The notes under the pieces are model-generated. The model worked only from the letters and a program-made list of their open reading frames with translations, ran no database searches and was not told the origin of the DNA. From positions 140,401 through 172,400 of the forward strand of contig CAYXMQ010000002.1 of NCBI GenBank assembly GCA_964466195.1: a stretch of 32,000 nucleotides of DNA. Direction: 5' to 3'. The DNA comes from an uncultured Thiobacillus sp. (GTDB lineage Bacteria; Pseudomonadota; Gammaproteobacteria; Burkholderiales; Thiobacillaceae). Below are positions 17,819 through 23,924 of this stretch, one piece after another. Within the stretch, counting starts at the first letter, position 1. Every line of letters starts with the position of its first letter. The translations under genes were made by a program, and so were the position numbers.

Positions 17819-18190
17819 ATGGAACTTGCTTTTGTAGTCTCCGCCGACCGTGGCGTTATGCAAGATGAACGAACCGGAAAACTCAACAACTGGTCGAACT
17901 GCCACTACTTGACCGACTACCGCGAAGACGGCCCGGACAGTGCCGGTTTCAAACCTATCAAAGCGCCTTGCACGCCTGAAGCCTTCGCTGTCATCCATGA
18001 ACACGGTGTCGGCCTCTACAAACTGGATTTCAAGACCCGCCCTGGTGCGATGGGAAAACCGACCTTGACGCTGACGAAAGTCGAGCCTGTTGCGCAGATT
18101 GATCTTTTCGAGTTGGGTAACTATCGCAAACAACAAATATCAGCCCAGGTTCGTCCTGCTGCTGTTCCTGCCGATTCCAAAGCTGCGTAA
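17819..18190 (+). CDS. Candidate ssDNA-binding protein (gpV position)
   Basis: 123 aa, directly after the initiator gene, with a good SD (AAGGA). Assigned by position and size only. Confidence 0.45.
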   Translation: MELAFVVSADRGVMQDERTGKLNNWSNCHYLTDYREDGPDSAGFKPIKAPCTPEAFAVIHEHGVGLYKLDFKTRPGAMGKPTLTLTKVEPVAQIDLFELGNYRKQQISAQVRPAAVPADSKAA

Positions 18191-18223
18191 TTGTTTCTCT
18201 GCGAAACATTTATATTTATTCCC

Positions 18224-18334
18224 ATGAAAATCATCATAGGAATTATCGTTTTATCGGCTGTTATAGCCGTTAAAGGTCTGGTCGATATGGTGCTTATTTA
18301 CCGGACAAATCCTTCTCTGCACCGTTTGGAGTAA
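18224..18334 (+). CDS. 36-aa hydrophobic protein, candidate minor coat (gpVII/gpIX-like)
   Basis: Not in the ORF track. My translation is MKIIIGIIVLSAVIAVKGLVDMVLIYRTNPSLHRLE. It ends with GGAGTAA, which supplies the SD for the coat gene. Confidence 0.4.
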   Translation: MKIIIGIIVLSAVIAVKGLVDMVLIYRTNPSLHRLE

Positions 18335-18338
18335 TTTC

Positions 18339-18524
18339 ATGAAACAAGTTGCTGCTCTTGCTTTGTTGTTCTCCCCTGCCGTAGCTTTTGCGGCTCTCCC
18401 TGCCGGCGTCGATGCCGCTATCACGGGTGCCGGTGCTGATGCCGCGACCGCTTTGGGTGCGATCATCGTTGTAGCCGTCGGCATTTGGGCGCTTCGCAAA
18501 ATCGTCGGTCTGTTCGGCCGCTAA
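18339..18524 (+). CDS. Major coat protein (gpVIII-like)
   Basis: 61 aa with signal peptide MKQVAALALLFSPAVAFA. The mature part has an acidic N-terminus (ALPAGVDAAITGAGADAA), a hydrophobic core (LGAIIVVAVGIWAL) and a basic C-terminus (RKIVGLFGR). Confidence 0.82.
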   Translation: MKQVAALALLFSPAVAFAALPAGVDAAITGAGADAATALGAIIVVAVGIWALRKIVGLFGR

Positions 18525-18528
18525 CCAA

Positions 18529-19065
18529 ATGCGTGCCAGGATTTTTACCTTCCTGCCCGGAATAATACTTATCCTGGCCGCATTGCCGTCTTATGCAGGT
18601 TATTACGCGTCATTTGTATCTGCATCTACTAATAATGCATCGTATCCTCCTGCAGCATCATATATGCCGACCGGGTGTTATTTACTACCTTCGATGGCTG
18701 TACAGGCCTTTTCCGCAAATGCACCTAATAGTTCCGGTAAACAGGTCAATACTCTATCTCTTACCAATGCTTCCTATTTATCTGTTGCATATACACATAC
18801 TTGGATTGTGAATGTTGCAATTGGCACGTGTTCTGCGCCTCCCAGTACTACTACGCTTCCTGCTTTTATCGGTGGTGCGTCTGACCCGGTTATCGATTCT
18901 GGGAATTATTCCCAACCTGGCGCGAGTTCGACTCTGATTGAGCCTCTAAATCCTGCAATGGCAATCGAGGATTCCCTTTCTCTTTGGGGTATGGGTGTTT
19001 TATTCCTCGCGACGATTTGGGGTCTAAAACGGATAGTTACTCTTTTTACCAGGGATACAGCATGA
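18529..19065 (+). CDS. Secreted 178-aa protein with a coat-protein-like C-terminal membrane anchor
   Basis: Signal peptide MRARIFTFLPGIILILAALPSYAG, then a Ser/Thr/Asn/Ala-rich domain. C-terminus LWGMGVLFLATIWGLKRIVTLFTR parallels the coat C-terminus VVAVGIWALRKIVGLFGR. Confidence 0.6.
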   Translation: MRARIFTFLPGIILILAALPSYAGYYASFVSASTNNASYPPAASYMPTGCYLLPSMAVQAFSANAPNSSGKQVNTLSLTNASYLSVAYTHTWIVNVAIGTCSAPPSTTTLPAFIGGASDPVIDSGNYSQPGASSTLIEPLNPAMAIEDSLSLWGMGVLFLATIWGLKRIVTLFTRDTA

Positions 19066-19139
19066 GCTATTACGACTATTGGCTTTTAATTGGACTTTCT
19101 CTGTTTCTTTTTGCCGGTGCTTGGATGATCTTCAAATGA
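19062..19139 (+). CDS. 25-aa hydrophobic ORF (candidate minor coat/assembly peptide)
   Basis: Not in the ORF track. My translation is MSYYDYWLLIGLSLFLFAGAWMIFK. ATGA overlaps at both ends (19062-19065 and 19136-19139). Confidence 0.35.
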   Translation: MSYYDYWLLIGLSLFLFAGAWMIFK

Positions 19140-20374
19140 AATATTTCCTTCCGGTTTTAATCGCGCTCTATTCAGGTTCGGCTTCAGCTTATATTGCGGT
19201 CACGCCGACTTTTAATTTTTATACCAATCGTGCTCATGTAGCGGATGCCTGGGGCCGTCTCTCGGATCGCGCTGCGACTTACGACAACCTGACCGGTAAA
19301 TATCTCGGCTCTGGGCGCGTTGTTGTCGGCAATCGGGCCTTAACCATACCGGTCAAATATGCCCTCACGCCCACAGCCGCCAACATCATCAAAACCGCCA
19401 TCAGGACGCATCCCGCGTTGATTGTCGGTACAGCGGCCTATCTGTGGTTGCAAGATAATCGCATCTCAAATCCAACCGGTGATCCGACAAAATGGTTGCA
19501 AACCCGTGATTTAACCCAACTACAGATTAATGCATCTTATTTGCCTCTTAATTATATTGGAACGATATCGTCTGCTGCTAAGTTGCAAGTAAATGCCATC
19601 CGGGTTATGAACGGTTGCCCTTCTGATAATACTGGTGGTTGGTGTCCGACTGCTCTTAATTACTCTTATTATGGGGTTGAGCCTGACGGGCGTTTGCAAT
19701 ATCGTACATACGATTATCTGGGCGGCATGTTGCAGCTATTTACACGATCTATTCCGGGAGGTTCTCAGGACTATCCTTTCGAGGAATCCGATTGGGACCG
19801 TATGCCGGATGTGCCCAAGGAAGTCCATGACGAGCTTGCTAAATCGCCGGCTTATATGCCTGAGGGTGCCCCCGTGGGCGACCCCGAAATCCAAGCGCAA
19901 GACCTTCCGGATGGTTCACCGGTTCAGCTTCCCGACGGTTCCACTGTGCAGCCTATGGTTCGGCTCACGCCTAACCCTGATGGCACGGTCCGTGTCGATA
20001 CCTACGAGAAACCTCTTACCGATACGGCGGGGGTGCCGATACCCTCCGAATCTGCAACACCAGTCCCGACGACTACGCCCACTCCCGGCCTTTGCGCGCT
20101 CTATCCTGATATCATCGCTTGCCAGACGTTTGGCACACCGGACCCTGAAAAACCGGTGGCCACCGATAAAACCCTTGGCCAATTCACGCCTGGCACGCTC
20201 TCCGAAGCGGGCACGTGCCCGGCGCCAATCTCGCTCAATATAGCCGGTGTAAACGCGTTGATGTCCTGGGATCCGGTCTGCAACGTTGCCTCGACGTATA
20301 TCCGCCCTCTCGTGTTGTTGATGGCTAGTGTCGCGGCCTATTTCATCTTCGTCGGGGGGCTTCGCGGTGGTTAA
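19136..20374 (+). CDS. pIII-like minor coat / adsorption protein
   Basis: Internal ATG 19136 gives signal peptide MKYFLPVLIALYSGSASA. There is a Pro/Thr-rich linker (PSESATPVPTTTPTPG) and a C-terminal TM anchor (PLVLLMASVAAYFIFVGGL). Size and position are typical of gpIII. Confidence 0.65.
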   Translation: MKYFLPVLIALYSGSASAYIAVTPTFNFYTNRAHVADAWGRLSDRAATYDNLTGKYLGSGRVVVGNRALTIPVKYALTPTAANIIKTAIRTHPALIVGTAAYLWLQDNRISNPTGDPTKWLQTRDLTQLQINASYLPLNYIGTISSAAKLQVNAIRVMNGCPSDNTGGWCPTALNYSYYGVEPDGRLQYRTYDYLGGMLQLFTRSIPGGSQDYPFEESDWDRMPDVPKEVHDELAKSPAYMPEGAPVGDPEIQAQDLPDGSPVQLPDGSTVQPMVRLTPNPDGTVRVDTYEKPLTDTAGVPIPSESATPVPTTTPTPGLCALYPDIIACQTFGTPDPEKPVATDKTLGQFTPGTLSEAGTCPAPISLNIAGVNALMSWDPVCNVASTYIRPLVLLMASVAAYFIFVGGLRGG

Positions 20375-20648
20375 TCTCGCTCTTTGGGCTGCCGCGATAG
20401 TCCCTTCAATTACTCGCTCCATTCTGGCCGCCGTGGGTTTCGGCATTTTTACGATAGTTGGTTTGACTGCGATTACCGGGACGATTGAGCAATACATTTA
20501 TACGTCCGTCGGGGGGTTTAGTTCCGACTTGCTCATGGTCTTGAATCTCGGCGGTATGAGTGCAGGCCTTAACATCGTTTTGGGCGCTTTTACGGCCCGC
20601 ATCGCCCTCTACGTGCTCACCAACAGTCGGAGGATTATCGGCGCATGA
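20367..20648 (+). CDS. pVI-like small membrane protein (DUF2523-like)
   Basis: GTG 20367 gives (M)VNLALWAAAIVPSITRSILAAVGFGIFTIVGLTAITG..., with 3 hydrophobic segments. Lies between gpIII-like and Zot-like genes as in Pf-type phages. The ORF opens at 20328. Confidence 0.58.
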   Translation: MVNLALWAAAIVPSITRSILAAVGFGIFTIVGLTAITGTIEQYIYTSVGGFSSDLLMVLNLGGMSAGLNIVLGAFTARIALYVLTNSRRIIGA

Positions 20649-21655
20649 TTACGCTTATCACGGGCACTCCTGGGGCCGGCAAAACCCTTTATTGTCTTAC
20701 TGAGGTATGCCCGGCATTCGAGGGCCGCCCTTTCTACGTTGACGGCATTCCTGATCTGCTGATAAACCACGATCTGCCCTCGGGTCCGGTCGAATCTGAA
20801 ACTCAGTCGTATGCCGATTGGCTTCCTGATAACGGGGTTTTGGTCGTTGATGAGGCTCAACGTATTTGGCGTCCTCGTTCATCCTCGTCCAAGGTTCCGC
20901 GTGGTGTTGAGGCGATGGAAACCCACCGTCATCATGGCCACGACCTGGTTCTAGTAACTCAGCATCCTAATTTGCTCGATAGCAATGTCAGGCGACTCGT
21001 TGGCCGGCATTTGCATGTTCGCCGCGTCTGGGGCATGTCGCGTGCGCTTGTCTATGAATGGGATCAAGCCACCGATCCTAATCGCATTTCCACCGCGACT
21101 AAATCGTCCTGGGCTTATCCGAAAAAGGCTTTCGGCCTTTACAAGTCAGCCACTGTTCACACTAATCGAGGTCAACGGCCGCCGTTCCTCGTTTTTGTGG
21201 TTCTCGTCCTTCCTATCTTACTTGGATATTTTGGCTACATCTCTTATCAATCAATCAAGGCCAGGACTCAAACACCAACGGCTGTCGTTGGTGTTGGCGT
21301 TGGTGCAGTTCCGCAGGCGACGGCTATGGCAGATGCTAAGCCCTTTGATGTGTCTGCGTTTGTGCCTGTTATCCCTTCTGAGCCAGCATCGGCTCCAGCT
21401 TATGATCATCTGCGGCATGTTGTCGTCATGCCCCGTGTCGCGGCCTGTATTTCCTCGGCTTCTCGATGCATCTGTTACACGCAACAATCGACTCGGTTAA
21501 ATATGCCGGAGAGCGATTGTCGTTTGCTTGCCAGCGATCCACGCTTTGATTCGTTCTCTGCTCCTGTTGCATCACCTCCATTGGGTTCCGAGCGTGTTTC
21601 CCCTGCCGCTCCTGAATCGTCTCCTCCTGAGCGTGAGCCGGTCAGCTGGTCTTAA
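20645..21655 (+). CDS. Zot-like / gpI assembly ATPase
   Basis: 336 aa. MITLITGTPGAGKTLYCL (Walker A), LVVDEAQ (Walker B) and a central TM (FLVFVVLVLPILLGYFGYISY). ATGA overlap with the upstream gene. Confidence 0.88.
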   Translation: MITLITGTPGAGKTLYCLTEVCPAFEGRPFYVDGIPDLLINHDLPSGPVESETQSYADWLPDNGVLVVDEAQRIWRPRSSSSKVPRGVEAMETHRHHGHDLVLVTQHPNLLDSNVRRLVGRHLHVRRVWGMSRALVYEWDQATDPNRISTATKSSWAYPKKAFGLYKSATVHTNRGQRPPFLVFVVLVLPILLGYFGYISYQSIKARTQTPTAVVGVGVGAVPQATAMADAKPFDVSAFVPVIPSEPASAPAYDHLRHVVVMPRVAACISSASRCICYTQQSTRLNMPESDCRLLASDPRFDSFSAPVASPPLGSERVSPAAPESSPPEREPVSWS

Positions 21656-21673
21656 ACCAATTGCGGGACAATC

Positions 21674-21691
21674 GGGGGCCTTCCGGCCCCC
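21674..21691. terminator. GC hairpin between convergent Zot-like gene and minus-strand ORF
   Basis: GGGGGCC-TTCC-GGCCCCC, a 7-bp all-GC stem. No clear U tract on either side. Confidence 0.35.
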
Positions 21692-21736
21692 TCGCGCTTG
21701 CCCCCGGCGCGCCTTAGCAGGCTGGTGAGAAACCTC

Positions 21737-22018
21737 CTATGAACCCCGGATTCCCAGGTGTCGGGAAGCTTTTTTGCCACCCCACAGGCACCGAAGGGTG
21801 TATTTCTGGTCTTTTGACGACCCAATTCCAGCCGATAGCCCCATCTTGGGCGGACTTATCCTTACGCCGGCATCGCCCGCCGAACCTGCGCCTTGGGTTT
21901 CATCAGATTCAACAATCGCAAAAGTAAGAGTAAATTGTGAATCTTCCCCGTGATAGCCGTACTTTTCTGCATGAATTGCCGCCTGTTCTACTGCTACGAT
22001 GATGTCGATTTTCTTCAT
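21737..22018 (-). CDS. Hypothetical 93-aa protein, antisense-oriented prophage cargo
   Basis: Inside ORF 21737..22030(-). ATG 22018 is preceded by GGAGA at 7 nt. MKKIDIIVAVEQAAIHAEKYGYHGEDSQFTLTFAIVESDETQGAGSAGDAGVRI...KDQKYTLRCLW. Confidence 0.5.
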   Translation of the reverse strand: MKKIDIIVAVEQAAIHAEKYGYHGEDSQFTLTFAIVESDETQGAGSAGDAGVRISPPKMGLSAGIGSSKDQKYTLRCLWGGKKASRHLGIRGS

Positions 22019-22118
22019 GATGTTCTCCAAAAAGGTTTTGACCTACTGCCACCGGGCCCAAGAGCTGGAGCCCCGGTTGCTTCCTGGCATCCCGAAGCGG
22101 CTTACTTCCGCTCGAATT

Positions 22119-22348
22119 GCCTCCGTTCCCCTTTCGCCTTCGCCCGTGCTGAGACTCCGCGCCACTTCGATCAGGCCGCAAGGGTGCTTTCCGGCATTTA
22201 ATGGGGGGGCCCCATTTACGAAGAAGACCAGGCTTTATCTGGTCTTCTTCGTAGCCGGGGGGGGAGACCGTTCATTGCCGGCCCTTGCAGCCTGATCGAA
22301 GTGGCGCAACCTCAGCGCAAAGGGCGACGGCGAAAGGGGAACGGAGGC
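22119..22348. repeat. Compound imperfect inverted repeat (arms 22119-22176 / 22290-22348) enclosing nested stems
   Basis: The reverse complement of the left arm matches the right arm in perfect blocks of 18, 6, 6 and 20 bp. Inner pairings are GCAAGGG/CCCTTGC and CCGGCA/TGCCGG. The apex is the hairpin at 22217-22253. Confidence 0.85.
22217..22253. repeat. Perfect 15-bp hairpin TACGAAGAAGACCAG-GCTTTAT-CTGGTCTTCTTCGTA
   Basis: Read directly. It is centred on the same axis (about 22234) as the large inverted repeat. Confidence 0.9.
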
Positions 22349-22473
22349 CCGAGGAAGGCCGAGAACGTGGGAGCTTTGCCAGTAAGCTTTCAAGGGTTTC
22401 GAAAACCTATTCCGGGCGGGTTTTGCCCGGTAAAGGTCAAACCGAATGCAAACGGAGTGCGCAGCAAATGGGC

Positions 22474-22587
22474 GGCTTTATGCGCATTTGCGAAGGCGAA
22501 AGGGATTGAAGCCCGAAGGGTCGAGACAATGGCTTTATGTTGGCTCGATGCGTAGCACGAAAGCCTGGCCCGAAGGGTTCGCCAGTC
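22474..22587 (+). repeat. Two degenerate 57-bp tandem units sharing GGCTTTATG and GCCCGAAGGGT
   Basis: GGCTTTATG at 22474 and 22531. GCCCGAAGGGT at 22511 and 22568. Both pairs are spaced exactly 57 bp. Confidence 0.7.
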
Positions 22588-22698
22588 CGTCGACGTACTG
22601 TCAACGGCGATGTAACGCGACGATGTGCTATAGTCCTGCGCCTAACCCTAAGCCCTTGTATTGACTGACAAAGGCTTATAAAGGCCTGCAAAAACAAA

Positions 22699-22747
22699 GA
22701 CTCATAATCCTTTGGTCCACGGTTCAAGTCCGTGCGGGCCCACCAAA
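22699..22747 (+). repeat. attR core (49-bp copy of the tRNA 3' part, displaced original tRNA end)
   Basis: Identical to 13416-13464. No tRNA 5' half precedes it. Confidence 0.88.
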
Positions 22748-22762
22748 CAACCTTAGACAGCC

Positions 22763-23041
22763 ATGCCGAAAATCGAGAAAGATCCAGTCGCCCAGGGCGA
22801 TGCGCGGGAGCCCAGGGATTTCGAAAGCGCTCTGAAAGAACTGGAAGCGTTGGTGCTCGACATGGAGAACGGCGACCTTAGCCTGGAGGACTCGCTGGCG
22901 GCATACAAGCGCGGCATTGCGTTATCCGCCTTCTGCCAGAAGAAACTGGACGCCGCCGAACAACAAATCAAGGTGCTTGAAAACGGCGTGTTGAAGGACT
23001 ACATCCCGCGCAGCCGCGATGGCAATGCCCGCAATGTCTGA
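22763..23041 (+). CDS. xseB: Exodeoxyribonuclease VII small subunit
   Basis: 92 aa. FESALKELEALVLDMENGDLSLEDSLAAYKRGIALSAFCQKKLDAAEQQI is typical XseB. Conserved xseB-ispA-dxs order. Confidence 0.92.
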   Translation: MPKIEKDPVAQGDAREPRDFESALKELEALVLDMENGDLSLEDSLAAYKRGIALSAFCQKKLDAAEQQIKVLENGVLKDYIPRSRDGNARNV

Positions 23042-23924
23042 TTTCGCCGCCTGGTCACGCCACGTTCAAGCGCGCATGGAAACCGCCCTGGCGCGCGTGC
23101 TGCCGGATGCCTCGATCGCGCCGGAAACGCTTCATGCCGCCATGCGCTACGCTGCCCTGGGCGGCGGCAAGCGCATACGCCCGATGCTGGCTTTTGCCGC
23201 CGGCGAGGCGGTCGGCGCCGATCCGGCGCGGGTGGAATACGCCGCCTGCGCAGTCGAGTTGATCCATGTCTATTCGCTCACGCACGACGATCTGCCGTGC
23301 ATGGACGATGACGATCTGCGCCGCGGCAAACCGACCTGTCATGTCCAGTTCGACCAGGCGACAGCGCTGCTGGTCGGCGACGCCTTGCAAAGCCTGGCCT
23401 TCGAAGTCCTCGCCGACCCGGCGGCTTGCGCCGATAGCGCGACCCAGCTCGCCATGCTGGCGTTGCTGGCCCAGGCTTCCGGCTCGCGCGGCATGGCGGG
23501 CGGGCAGGCGGCCGATCTGGCCGCCACCGGCCGGACGCTGGAACTTGCGGAACTCGAATTCATGCATATCCACAAGACCGGCGCGTTGATCCAGGCGGCC
23601 GTTTTGCTGGGTGCGATGAGCGCCGGCGCCCCCTCCGACGCCCAACGCGCAGGCTTGCAGCGTTACGCGCATTGCGTCGGCTTGGCGTTTCAAGTCATGG
23701 ACGACGTGCTGGATGCGGAAACCGACACGGCCACACTCGGCAAGACCGCCGGCAAGGACGCTGCTCAGGGCAAAGCCACCTACCTCACGTTGATGAGCGC
23801 AAAGGAAGCGCGCGGCTATGCCCATGAGCTGATCGAAAACGCCCTCGCCGCCCTCGCCCCGTTCGGCCCGGCCGGCGCCAGCCTGGCCGCCATTGCCCGT
23901 TTCATCGTCGAGCGCCGCTACTGA
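23034..23924 (+). CDS. ispA: Farnesyl diphosphate synthase
   Basis: FARM ([19 protein letters not shown]) and SARM (FQVMDDVLD) motifs. Start is ambiguous (ATGs at 23019, 23025, 23034). Confidence 0.92.
   Translation: MSDFAAWSRHVQARMETALARVLPDASIAPETLHAAMRYAALGGGKRIRPMLAFAAGEAVGADPARVEYAACAVELIHVYSLTHDDLPCMDDDDLRRGKPTCHVQFDQATALLVGDALQSLAFEVLADPAACADSATQLAMLALLAQASGSRGMAGGQAADLAATGRTLELAELEFMHIHKTGALIQAAVLLGAMSAGAPSDAQRAGLQRYAHCVGLAFQVMDDVLDAETDTATLGKTAGKDAAQGKATYLTLMSAKEARGYAHELIENALAALAPFGPAGASLAAIARFIVERRY

Larger units (their letters stand above)
22031..22698. other. Prophage non-coding, structure-rich intergenic region (candidate origin / packaging signal region)
   Basis: About 670 bp without a convincing ORF. 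Dense in hairpins, inverted repeats and reiterated motifs (see repeat features). Confidence 0.6.
13416..22747. mobile_element. Integrated filamentous (Inoviridae/Pf-like) prophage in the 3' half of tRNA(CAU), about 9.3 kb including both att repeats
   Basis: Perfect 49-bp direct repeats at both ends, an integrase next to the tRNA and an abrupt GC drop. Gene set is gpII-like initiator, small coat protein, pIII-like, pVI-like and Zot/pI-like, all on one strand with overlapping stop/start codons. Confidence 0.85.

Noticed and set aside
19635-20243. 202-aa alternative-frame ORF inside the pIII-like gene, and 193-aa ORF 19916-20497(-).
   Set aside because: Both are embedded in the pIII-like and pVI-like genes, are Arg-rich and have no start context. 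The pIII-like frame has the signal peptide, linker and anchor.
20645-21655. Zot as a virulence toxin.
   Set aside because: Zot-family similarity here reflects the gpI assembly ATPase shared by all inoviruses (Walker A/B plus a TM). Nothing in the sequence supports enterotoxin activity.
21909-22509. ORFs 21909-22181(-) and 22285-22509(+), with near-identical N-termini (MRPDRSGAESQ... / MQPDRSGATSAQ...), and the Arg-rich ORF 22301-22555(+).
   Set aside because: The similarity is a by-product of translating the two arms of the 22119-22348 inverted repeat. There are no SD sequences, the composition is basic and low-complexity, and the region is better explained as structured non-coding DNA.
22100-22600. 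Possible CRISPR array or retron-like ncRNA, given the many repeats and hairpins.
   Set aside because: The repeats are inverted or degenerate rather than regularly spaced identical direct repeats. There are no cas genes or reverse transcriptase in the window, and the context (the end of an inovirus genome) explains the structure.
22699-22747. Possible second tRNA gene.
   Set aside because: Only the 3' 47 nt of the tRNA are present, from the anticodon loop onward. There is no acceptor 5' strand or D arm upstream. It is the att repeat, not a gene.
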